Made by a program: the position numbers and the translations under genes. Shown here one piece after another: positions 52,416-62,600 of a stretch of 64,000 bases of DNA (position 1 is the first letter of the stretch; each line of letters begins with the position of its first letter). The notes beneath the pieces were generated by a model. It saw only the letters and a program-made list of their open reading frames with translations, did not search any database and was not told where the DNA came from. Source of the stretch: Naegleria gruberi (lineage: Eukaryota); the NCBI GenBank assembly GCA_000004985.1, contig GG738888.1; one strand, given 5' to 3'.

Positions 52416-53271
52416 CTACAAGATGATACACTTTTTCTTCTTAGGTTTTGGCTTTGGAGTTGTGGAAGCTTTGGTTTCTTGTTGATCTCCAGTTGGTTGG
52501 TTAGCTTGTTGAGCTTCAACGTGATGATCTTCCTCTTCAACTCCTTCAACTGTGTTGATCATACGAACCAATTCTTCGAAAACGTTATCCACATTTTCTC
52601 TTGTTTTAGCTGATGTTTCAATACATTTACAGAAATCTCCAAACTTCTTAGCTTGTTCTTCACCTTCTTCCTTTGAAACTGCTCTTTCTTCTTCCAAATC
52701 GAGCTTGTTACCAACAAGGATGATTGGTACCTTTTCCCCTTCTTCGGCAGCCTTTGCTTTAAGGATTTCCTCATAATACTTTGGAGTATCTTCGAATGTT
52801 TGAACATCTGTAATACTGTACACAATCACAAAGCCTTGATTTTAGAAACAATAAGTAATTATTTATCTTATTAAGAACCTACCATGTCCCTTTCCCATAT
52901 ATTCACCAGCAAGTGAGTGATATCTAGTTTAACACATCAATAAATATTTAAATTATCATCATCACAACTTACTCTTCCTAATTATAAATAATCATTAGAA
53001 TTAAATTTTAATTTAAATAACTTACTTGTCCTGCAGTATCCAAAATATCTAGCATAACAGCTGAACCATCAACTTCAACTTGTTTTCGGTAAGAGTCCTC
53101 TATGGTTGGATCATATCTTTCGACAAAGGTTTGTTGAATATATTGGATAGTGAGACTTTATTAAGGAAATTAAAACAGTGTTTGTTGACCTTATAGTTTT
53201 AAAGTTTGAATTACTTACGCGCTTTTACCAACACCTCCTGAACCTACGACAATTATTTTATATTCAGCCAT
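52416..53271 (-). CDS. Ras-family small GTPase with a C-terminal CaaX box, 5 exons including a 5-nt microexon
   Basis: Exons on minus strand are 53219..53271, 53026..53155, 52973..52977 (GAAGA), 52883..52923 and 52416..52834. All introns are GTAAGT/GTAGGT...AG, 47-63 nt. The spliced protein is [92 protein letters not shown]...ILVGNKLDL...[10 protein letters not shown]...KKKKCIIL. The P-loop, effector loop, DTAGQEEY and NKxD motifs are Ras-like. Confidence 0.8.
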
Positions 53272-53880
53272 GGATCTTAATTCTTGTTAATTTTTTTTAA
53301 AATAAGAGAAGCACTTAGTGCTGCTTGGGGCTGAGTTTATTGTCCGTTTACAAAGCAGATTGTATTGACATTTGTACTGTGATGGAAGTACTTCCTCAGA
53401 AGATCGCACCATGTTCGTTTTCTTATTGCGTATAATCACCTATTGAGGTTGAGGATGTGAAGAAAATTGATGAATGGAAGATTAACCTTCCTATGAAATA
53501 AGTTAGATCCATATAATATCTGAAATATAGTGATTGTTGTATTCAAAGTTGTTTTTCTAGGATCTTAATAAAGAATCTTATTGATCTTTTAAGGCATCCA
53601 TAATATTATTGATTCTTCATCATCTTGGTTTCTATTTAATAGTTAACTTTAAATCTATCAATTCACGCATTGCCAATCAAACACTCTGCACCTCAGCGAT
53701 ATTCCAAGTTGGTCTATGAAGATCACAATTTTTCTCGAAACAGCAGTTGCAACTCCCTTAAGCTGAATGTTTTAGAGCTGAAACAAAGTCGGTTAAAAAC
53801 TTTTAAAAGTTCCATTATAAAATTATTATTATTTCATAACGTTTCCAGTAGATGTTTAGGCGGCAACCAAACAGAATAAA

Positions 53881-55389
53881 ATGAAAACACGGGGCATTCG
53901 GGAAAGTAACTGCTGTGGGTCTTGCCCGTTACTGACCATCAAAACAAATTCTTCATTTTCATCATCATCGAGGAGTAATCATCACGATTATTCATCAAGC
54001 AATGCTATTAGCCATCAAAACAATGTAGTAAATACTCTAGGAAGCAAAAATCAACAAGTAACTTATCTAGGCAGCAAGAGAAACAGCTTTATTTATTCCC
54101 TAATGTTTATAATATTATTCTGCTTTATGATACACCACGTATCATGTCAGTTTTACGATCCACCCACAAATTTACAATACTTTACTTCATCAAAGAACTC
54201 TAGGCGTTGGATAATTGCTGGCAATTTCACTTCGATATATGTAAATAATAAGACTGCAACCTACACAAATCTAAATAACATTGCTGTTTGGAATGGAAAT
54301 TCATGGAAAGGACTAGGAACAGGAACTAATGGCTTGGTAAGAACCCAATTCATTGATACCTGTTATAATTTATATATTGGTGGCGATTTTAGTAGGGCAG
54401 GAAATATATCAACTGGACCACTCGCAAGATGGTCAATACCTAAACAACGATGGGAGTCAATAACGGATAATGTAGTCTGGGGTAAGGATAGTAAGGTTAA
54501 TTCCATCTCTGTGGATTGCTACAATACACCCTCAGAAGCATCAAGATGTAACTGTAATGTGTGGGTTGGCGGTTCTTTCGAACTTACAATTACCAACTCG
54601 ACGCATAAGGCAACTAATTTAGCAATGTATGAGGCCCGTACCAACACTTGGTATTCCCTTAAAGATACAAACGGACACAACTTGACCCTCTCAAATAGTG
54701 TAAGGACTGTTTTCAAGAGAGACTTTGGTCAGACTTTTAACTCTAGAAAGACATTTGTTGGTGGTGAGTTTCCATACATTCTCACATGGGATCCATACTA
54801 CAAGATTTGGGACAAGATTGATTTGGGTAATTCTAGTCAATCTGTTGTGAATCACATTCATTTCCATAAGGGTATTTTGAATACTGATTTCTTTGATTAT
54901 TGGAACTATGTAGTTGCTGGAGAGTTTGACTTTTCTGTGAACTATACAAGTACAGCTTCTAACAAAACTGTGAGCTGTCGTAATTTATGTTTTCTTGATT
55001 TTAGACATGGTGTGTGGTCTTCAGTCCTGTCAGACCCAATTCTTGAAGGATATGTTGCACACGTCTCAACCAGTGATGGAAATTTATGTGCAGTTGGTAA
55101 CTTTTCCACGGATGCAATCACAAACTTGGTTTCAATAACTTCAGATGGAATTGATTACACCCTATTTAACAATACAATGTCAGGGGAACCGTTTAAAAAC
55201 ATATACTTATGCAAAGAGACAGATCTTGAATGTGCAACAAAGAGTGCTGGCTTATCTGATTCTAATGGTGTTGTTTGGTTTTTTGATTCAGAAACGAGTA
55301 CCTTTACTGAATTTGGAAGAGTCAATGATGGTGGTGTTGTGGAATCGATCAATTCGATTTTTTTATATGGAATTGCTGATAAAATGTAG
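53881..55389 (+). CDS. Type II membrane or secreted protein with a repeated GG(D/E/S)F beta-propeller-like motif (502 aa)
   Basis: S-rich N-terminus, a signal-anchor (FIYSLMFIILFCFMIHHV), then at least 6 spaced GGxF units (IGGDFS, VGGSFE, VGGEFP, VAGEFD, AVGNFS) and many N-x-S/T sites. Family unknown. Confidence 0.35.
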   Translation: MKTRGIRESNCCGSCPLLTIKTNSSFSSSSRSNHHDYSSSNAISHQNNVVNTLGSKNQQVTYLGSKRNSFIYSLMFIILFCFMIHHVSCQFYDPPTNLQYFTSSKNSRRWIIAGNFTSIYVNNKTATYTNLNNIAVWNGNSWKGLGTGTNGLVRTQFIDTCYNLYIGGDFSRAGNISTGPLARWSIPKQRWESITDNVVWGKDSKVNSISVDCYNTPSEASRCNCNVWVGGSFELTITNSTHKATNLAMYEARTNTWYSLKDTNGHNLTLSNSVRTVFKRDFGQTFNSRKTFVGGEFPYILTWDPYYKIWDKIDLGNSSQSVVNHIHFHKGILNTDFFDYWNYVVAGEFDFSVNYTSTASNKTVSCRNLCFLDFRHGVWSSVLSDPILEGYVAHVSTSDGNLCAVGNFSTDAITNLVSITSDGIDYTLFNNTMSGEPFKNIYLCKETDLECATKSAGLSDSNGVVWFFDSETSTFTEFGRVNDGGVVESINSIFLYGIADKM

Positions 55390-55432
55390 TAAAGCTTCTT
55401 TAACCAGTCAGCTTTAATGAAATATCTAGGGT

Positions 55433-56200
55433 TTATTTAGTTTTTGTCATTGTTAATCTTTCAAGTTCTTGAGAATATTGTTGGTTTTGCTTCTTTAAGA
55501 AGGCAATTTCTTCTTCGAATTTCTTCTTTTCCTGTTTGCTCTTTTCTCTTTCTCTCTTTTCTGTTGCTTCACATTTGGCCTGCCATTCCTTAACTTGTTT
55601 ATCCAATTCAGCCTTTTCCTTTTCTAATTGCATAATCTTCAATTCCATTTCAGTTTTTCCGTCTTCGGCGTGAAGTGATTTTCTCATACCAAAAGCCACA
55701 CTACTTTCATACAATTGCTTATATGCTTTGATTGTCATTTTGATTTCATTCCTTACTCGCAGCATCAATAAACCTCTTTGTTGGCAATTTACAGTAACTT
55801 GTCTGATGAGTTCATCAAAGCATTGAGAATATAATTCTTCTCTCACTGGACAAATACCAGTTTCCTTAGCTTTTCTTTTCAAAAGATTTGAATCTAATTG
55901 TTCCTCAAGATTTGTAACATCCAACCTGGTGGCAGGCGTGGATGATACATATTGTATCCATTGTTGACTATTTTCGGAGAAGACTACTGGTGGGAGTATT
56001 GAATTTAAAATATCTTCTGTTTGTGTTAGTCTTTCAGATCCTGTTGTTTGAAGAGGTGGTAAGGCTTGTTTATTCTTTCCTGAAACTCCCATCAAAGCCT
56101 TATTTCCCTTCTTCTTTATTGCCTCCGACAGAAGAATTGGTGTATCATATTTTACAAGTGTATTGGCAGGTGATATATTTTCTTGCTCTTGTTGCATCAT
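55433..56200 (-). CDS. DNALI1: Axonemal inner-arm dynein light chain p28 (DNALI1)
   Basis: LVKYDTPIL...EDILNSILPP...QWIQYVSSTPATRLDV...ETGICPVREELYSQCFDELIRQVTVNCQQRGLLMLRVRNEIKMTIKAYKQLYESSVAFGMRKSLHAEDGK...AKCEATEKRE is near-collinear with human DNALI1 (LLKYDTPVL...EEILNAILPP...LWIQQVSSTPSTRMDV...ETGICPVRRELYSQCFDELIREVTINCAERGLLLLRVRDEIRMTIAAYQTLYESSVAFGMRKALQAEQGK...AKCEATEKRE). Confidence 0.9.
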   Translation of the reverse strand: MMQQEQENISPANTLVKYDTPILLSEAIKKKGNKALMGVSGKNKQALPPLQTTGSERLTQTEDILNSILPPVVFSENSQQWIQYVSSTPATRLDVTNLEEQLDSNLLKRKAKETGICPVREELYSQCFDELIRQVTVNCQQRGLLMLRVRNEIKMTIKAYKQLYESSVAFGMRKSLHAEDGKTEMELKIMQLEKEKAELDKQVKEWQAKCEATEKREREKSKQEKKKFEEEIAFLKKQNQQYSQELERLTMTKTK

Positions 56201-56591
56201 TTTTTATAGTTTTTATTTGTACAACTCTTCAGCATACAACAGTAGATTTTTGCTTGGCGCCAAAATTTCAAAATGTAATTTTTCAACGTCCAAGTTCGCA
56301 CTTGTTGCTACTCAGCTTGCTCAATATTAAATATATTAAAAGCAAAATTACCCTCACAGAATTATTTCTTGTCCTTATTAAATTCAATAATAATAATATT
56401 AAATAAATAATTTAACAAGAAGTTTTTCAGATTAGATGCGAAAGTCTGTATTCCTCACTTATTCTTCAGAGTGTACAAAGGTTAAATATAATGTCATCAC
56501 TATCTCTTCATGAGAGAAATCCTCACTCAAAAAGCAAGCAAACAAGCAAAATAATTCATCACTATGGTTTTGCATTAAATTTTAAAAAAAA

Positions 56592-57262
56592 ATGGAAAAT
56601 GTCAACACTAGGTTCAAAAAGATTTTGCTGAAGGCCTTCTCACTTGCAGAGAATTGGCAACAATTGCACAAGGAGAATTGTGAATGTTTTATTGCAATGA
56701 TTAGAGATTTATCGAGTTGGACTTTAATGTCGGGAATGAGTGGAGAAACACAACAAGCCTCGGAAATGGATTCATCAAAATTTGGTATTTTTCAATATTT
56801 TCCCAAGACAACAACACTCATACAGGGAACATATGTTAAAAAGCTGGAGGAGAGTTATAGTAGTATTTATAATAGCTTGTAGGTTTTGATATTTAAATAT
56901 TATTGGAATTAAATGTTGTGGAAAGAACAAAATTCGAAAATATTTGTCACCAATTAGATGTTATTCAACAGGAGGCTGATTCTTTCTATCATCAGTCCCA
57001 ATCGGAATTATTAACATCCATGGAAAGAAAAAGAAATGACAATTCACAATATAATTTTGCCATTGTTGAGGAATATGTGGCAGGAGTTCGAGAAATATAT
57101 ATAATGTTTAAAAAAGAATTATTGAGATATCAAGATTTATTTAAGAACAAATTGAATTATATTGGTCAATCACATGAGGAAATTCAGGACTTGTACAGAC
57201 AATACTCGACACACAAATTTATTAACATTAATAGAGGTAAGTCAACAAATTTAAAATTGTAA
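56592..57262 (+). CDS. Hypothetical protein, 2 exons (about 208 aa)
   Basis: Exons are 56592..56878 and 56926..57262, joined by GTAGGT...GGAAAG (47 nt) in phase 2. No recognisable family. Confidence 0.35.
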
Positions 57263-57424
57263 ATTAATATTTCAATAGTTGTTCAAATTTTGGAAACTTC
57301 AGAACGAGAAACGCACCTCGACAAGGTTGACAAACACAGGTAGAACTCATACTTCCTCAATAAATGATTCATCTATTGATGATAATGATGATGTCATATC
57401 TTGTTGTAAAATTAAATCAAAAAA

Positions 57425-58339
57425 ATGTACAAAAACGACTTTATTGGAGAGGCAACAAGAATGTTGTTCGGCAAGAGATCGAGTGTATCGAGCACACATT
57501 CGGAACAATCCCAACCATCACAACAACAACAACACGATATTAAACAAGCAATGAATGTTGTTGAACAAATAACTAATTTAATGTATACTATTGATCAGGC
57601 TGTTCAACGTATTCAATTATCAATTTCTATCATTCCTTCGATAGATGCCTTGAAGGGTGATATTGCAGAGGGATTATCAGAATCGGAGAAGAAAATTGGA
57701 GAGTTGGAAAGATATTGTGAGGAGAGAATTAAACAACCAACTGGTACTGATGCTGATGAAATTGGATTAGGAAGAATATTGGAAAAAACAACAAACTTGA
57801 AGAAACAATTATCTAGTTTGCAAGTGAAATTTAGAAAGGCTGTACAAATATATAGTAATAAGGAAAATGAATCGAAATTAAAGAGAGAAAAATTGGTAGG
57901 ATTTGAAAATGTTCAAATATCAAGAAAGTCATCACAAAATATTAAACAACAATCGAGACAATCTAGAAAAGTAACAGATTCACTCAAAAGAACAAAAGCC
58001 ATTGTTTCATCAAATTTAGAACGAACTTCATACTCTATGGAAAAATTATCGGAACAAGCATCAATTTTTGAGAGAGCTATCAATACTCAAGAAGGATATC
58101 AAGACAAAGTGAAACAATCAACCATGCTTATCAAGGATTTGAAATGGAAGGAAAGAAGAGATCACTTTATCACTATTGGATGCTTTTTATTCTACTTATT
58201 GGTTGTATTGATAGTATTTAATCATAGAATTCCAGTCTTTACACTGACCTATTATTTTGGAAATTTAATATTTGGAATATTTGGAGGTAGTACAGCTGCA
58301 ACTGACTCAATTATTACAAACGAACCAACGATAAATTAA
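57425..58339 (+). CDS. Tail-anchored coiled-coil protein, Sec20/BNIP1-like ER SNARE candidate
   Basis: 304 aa. A Q/S-rich N-terminus and central coiled coils are followed by ...SSNLERTSYSMEKLSEQASIFERAINTQEGYQDKVKQSTMLIKDLKWKERRDHFITIGCFLFYLLVVLIVF, that is a membrane-proximal helix plus a single C-terminal TM as in Sec20. Confidence 0.35.
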   Translation: MYKNDFIGEATRMLFGKRSSVSSTHSEQSQPSQQQQHDIKQAMNVVEQITNLMYTIDQAVQRIQLSISIIPSIDALKGDIAEGLSESEKKIGELERYCEERIKQPTGTDADEIGLGRILEKTTNLKKQLSSLQVKFRKAVQIYSNKENESKLKREKLVGFENVQISRKSSQNIKQQSRQSRKVTDSLKRTKAIVSSNLERTSYSMEKLSEQASIFERAINTQEGYQDKVKQSTMLIKDLKWKERRDHFITIGCFLFYLLVVLIVFNHRIPVFTLTYYFGNLIFGIFGGSTAATDSIITNEPTIN

Positions 58340-58340
58340 T

Positions 58341-59663
58341 TTATTTCTTCTTCTTAGTTTGAGGAGCAACAGTTTCCTTCTTTTCGAACAAACGTTCAAA
58401 TTGTTGAATTTTCTCTTGTTTTGCCAAAATTTCAAAGAACGAGTCCAGTATTTCACCATCCATCATCTTATCCAAACCAAATTGTGAAAATGAAATTCTG
58501 TGGTCAGTAATTCTATCTTGAGGGAAGTTATAAGTTCTAATCTTGTCTGATCTATCACCTGAACCAATCTGTTCTTTTCTTTCAGATGACATTTTCTGAA
58601 TTTTCTCGTCTTGTTGCTTTTGATAGAGTCTCGAATGCAAAATCTTGAAAGCTTTTTCCTTATTTCTATGTTGTGACCTTTCATCAGCAATACAAACAAC
58701 AGTACCAGTTGGAATGTGGGTTAATCTGACAGCAGAGTCAGTTGTGTTAACATGCTGACCACCAGCACCTGATGCTCTCATAGTATCAATTCTGACATCT
58801 GCAAGATTAATCTTGACATCTGCTTCTGTAACTTCTGGTAAAACCACAATAGATGCTGATGAAGTGTGGACTCTACCTTGTGATTCTGTTGCAGGTACTC
58901 TTTGAACTCGGTGAACTCCACTTTCAAATTTCATACATCCATAAACTCCCAATCCTTCATCGTCTCCATACGATGATCCAGAAATGAGTGCAATTCCTTC
59001 CTTACATCCTTCACCTCCATTATTTGCACTCAAACTCAAAACTTCAAATTTCCAACCTCTTTTAGTTGCATAAAATTCATACATTTTAAATAATTCCATA
59101 GCAAAAAGAGAAGCTTCATCACCTCCTGTTCCAGGTCTAATTTCAATAATAGCATTTGAATTTGGTGAAATTTGATGGTCTTCTGTATCAGATACTGGAG
59201 CATTCAAAAGAACACTAATTAATCTTTCTTGAGTTTTCGAATATTCAATTTCAGTTTCAGAATATTCTTCCTTAGCTAATTGCTTTAATTCTGGATCCTT
59301 TTCCGTATTCATCATTTCTTTGAGTTGTGTAAGTTGAGTTTTTAAATTTTCATACTTGTCTTTTAATTCAACAACATTGTTCAACCATTTTAATTCAACA
59401 AATTGTGATTGTTTTGTTGCTTGACCTGAATAGACAGATTGCGATAATACTTGATGTTTTTCTTGTGCTTTGGCAAGAAATTGAGCAACTTGTTCATTGA
59501 CTGCGAAAGTATACTTTCCGATGGACTCATCATTATCTTCCGAATTGTATTTTATACGTGTAGTGTGAAATCCAACACTTTTAGAGAATGCTGATGATGA
59601 TTTTAATATTCTACTATTGTGTGAATAAAATTGTAATGCTGTCTTTTGAAGGTTTCGTAACAT
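58341..59663 (-). CDS. MTRF1L: Mitochondrial peptide chain release factor 1 (MTRF1/MTRF1L-like)
   Basis: 440 aa. The PCRF and RF-1 domains carry the universal GGQ motif (RASGAGGQHVNTTDSAVRLTHIPTGTVV...RSQHRNKEKA), with an N-terminal presequence-like extension. Confidence 0.8.
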   Translation of the reverse strand: MLRNLQKTALQFYSHNSRILKSSSAFSKSVGFHTTRIKYNSEDNDESIGKYTFAVNEQVAQFLAKAQEKHQVLSQSVYSGQATKQSQFVELKWLNNVVELKDKYENLKTQLTQLKEMMNTEKDPELKQLAKEEYSETEIEYSKTQERLISVLLNAPVSDTEDHQISPNSNAIIEIRPGTGGDEASLFAMELFKMYEFYATKRGWKFEVLSLSANNGGEGCKEGIALISGSSYGDDEGLGVYGCMKFESGVHRVQRVPATESQGRVHTSSASIVVLPEVTEADVKINLADVRIDTMRASGAGGQHVNTTDSAVRLTHIPTGTVVCIADERSQHRNKEKAFKILHSRLYQKQQDEKIQKMSSERKEQIGSGDRSDKIRTYNFPQDRITDHRISFSQFGLDKMMDGEILDSFFEILAKQEKIQQFERLFEKKETVAPQTKKKK

Positions 59664-59696
59664 TTTTTTACATAATATTTATTTTTATTTTTTCAT

Positions 59697-62600
59697 TTAA
59701 TAATTTGAATACTTGCTCTTTGAGCGAGAGGATGAACCCAAATCTTCATAAGGATCATAATCAAACTCAGTCGATCTGTTTAAAATTTCTTCAACAGTCA
59801 TTCTCTTATTTGGTCTACCAGGACTAGTAATCTTTCTTGCTGGACTGCTTGTACTCATACTCAAACTGTTTTGGAGTTCGGCAAGGTGAGCTCTGGCATT
59901 CTTAAGTTCCTTATCTAATTCTTGGACTTCTCTGCTAGTCTTGGCATTTGATTCGTTCAAAGTCTTCATAATCTTATGACTGGCTGACAAATCTCTTTCA
60001 ACCTTTTTCTTGACAGATCCAAAAGCGGATGTTGGAGTTTTAGAAATTGAGGAATAAGCTGATGGAGTTGCCTTTGGAGTTTGTTCTTCTTTTTGAAGAG
60101 TAGTATTCAATGTTGGTTTGCTAGCAAATCCTGATGTATACTTAGAGGTGGTGTTGGTAGAAGAAATACTAGTATTAGTAAGAGAGTCAGAGTCACTGAA
60201 AATAGAAGCATCCTTTGGCTTCTTGAAAAGCTTTTGTCTGAGGTCTGAAACCATATTTTCATACTTGCTCTTTTCTCTTTCTAATTCTGAAAGCATTTCA
60301 CTGGTCTTCTTAGATGTATTGAAAAGCTTGCTACACTCGTCTCTCTTCAATTCAAGTTCTCTTGAGGCAGAATCTAACTTTTGAGTCTTTTCAGAGAGTT
60401 GATCTTGGAGTTCTTGAAGGTCGGATCTATATTGGTTAAGTTGGCTTAATTGAGATTCAAATTCTTGCTTGAATTGTTCCTTTTCGAATTGAACAGTAGT
60501 ATAGTTTGATCTGAGTTTTTCAACTTCCTTCTTCAACATGTCGAACTTTTCAGGTTCAATAAGATTGAGATTTTCTTCCTCTAGATCATTGATTCTATTT
60601 TCCATGAAAGATACCAATTCAGATTTCTTCTTGATGATTTCTTCCATTTCTTCAGCTCTCTTGGAAACTCTTTCAACTTCTTCTGTCAATTGGACACACT
60701 TCTTTTGCAAACTGCCCTTTTCAGACTTCAATTCTCTCAAAGACTTGACAACACCAACAGTTGTTTGTTGAACAACACTAAGACCTCTCTTTTGAGGGCT
60801 TGAATGTACAATGGTCTTTAGTTGCTTCTTGATTGGAGTACTGAAAGAATCATTTCCGTTATATTTGTATCCAGTAATGAGTTGTCTGTTAATGGTGGCT
60901 TGGAGTCCGTCGTGGAGACTTCTCATCAATGACAGATCTTCTCTTGGTTCGTCAAATTCATTATCAAGTTGACCAACAAGTTGGAGGTAAGCATGAATGG
61001 ATCCCTTGTATTCGTCCATTGGAATTTGCAATTCTCTATTATCATTGATAGCTTCAGGGGCCAACAAACCTAATCTGTCCCCACCAACAGTGTAATAGAG
61101 AGTTGATCCTTCCTTTTCTTCTCTCTTTTGAAGAAGAAGCTTGTTGAATCTGTTACCAATAATTACAGCCAAAACAGCAGCTCTGAAAGATGTCTTTGGT
61201 TTTTCAGAAGAGTATTCTCTTGGGAATTCAAATTCAGAAACAACTTCAAATTCAGTTGAAAGTGACTTGACAGTTTCATAAACACCTTTGAGGAGTCTTT
61301 CATATTGTCTAAGTTGAGATTTGAGAACAACCTTGTGCATCTTGAGGTCATCAATTCTATCCTTCATTGGTCTGATACCTCTGGCCAACAACTTCAATCC
61401 ATTATGAAGCTTGTTTTGATCAATTTGAGAGTCTCTAAGCTCAGTCTTCAAAACTTCAACAATCATAGTAGATTTCTTCAACTTTCCAGTAGTATCTGAC
61501 AATTGTTCTTGAGTTTCACGAAGAGCTTCTTCTAGTTCTTTAACCTTTTCAGTGTAATCAATTTCGAGCATTTCAATTTGATGTTCAAATTTGCTTCTTT
61601 GCTCATCAATTTCACCTTGATAGTTCTTTTCTAATTCGCTTCTTTCGGATTCATACTTTTCCATATTGGCCTTCATTGTCTTGTTTGCTTCTTCAAGTCT
61701 GGCATTAAGATCGGCAATTTTTTCCTTTTGAGCAGCAGCTTCCTTCTTCAATGATTCTCTTTCAACAAGGTGAGCAGTAACTTGTTCAGAGAATAAAGAT
61801 TGGAATGTTTCCCAGCTGATAGGTTCGTCACTATCAGAGCCTTGTGGTCTTCCTCTGAGTGGTGATCCGTTTCTTCTATCATTTGTTGGTGTATCCTTCA
61901 ACATCTTGTACAAAGAATAGACATATCTCAATCTGTTCTTTTCTTCTTCTTGGTGAGAGTCAAGGAGTTCTTCCAATTCATTAACAGAATCTTCGAGTTC
62001 TTGCTTTTGTTCCTTAAGAGCTCTGTTGACCTTTTCACCATCAGATAATTGCTTCTTAAGATTGATCAATTCCTTGTAAGTATCAGAGTGATCATGATTC
62101 AAGTTTTGGAAGTTGCTTGACAAACCATCGAGTTCATCTTGCAAAATCTTACACTTGTCTCTACTTACAATGAGATCATCAAGAGCGTCGAGAACCTTAG
62201 ATTTAAGAGCCTTATAATTTGGTTTGACAGCTTCAAGAGCCTTCTTGTTGAGTTGAGAATCATCTTCATTTCTAGAATATTCGTGACCTTCCAAGACATG
62301 TTCAACAGTCTTCATCATTGCATAGAAATCAGAAGCCAATGATCCATGAGCAGAACCGACTTCGCTTTCCTTAAGATCTCTTTGAGAAACAGCCGAATTG
62401 TATTGTTCAGTGATTCTTTCAGATGTATCCTTATAGTGGGAAAGTTCTCTTTGGAGGAAATCATTTTCTGCCTTAACTTTTGAAAGTTCATCAAGTCTAT
62501 CCTTCAATTGATCATTTTCATCCTTCAAATCAGCAATATAAGCTTCCAAGTTGTCATTGATTTCGTTCATCTTTCTCAACTCTTCAGTAACCAATTGCTT

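Noticed and set aside
57279-57554. 91-aa ORF overlapping the start of the Sec20-like gene in another frame
   Set aside because: It begins at a non-ATG codon, cannot be spliced in frame to the upstream 2-exon gene, and overlaps a better-supported ORF. It is probably spurious.
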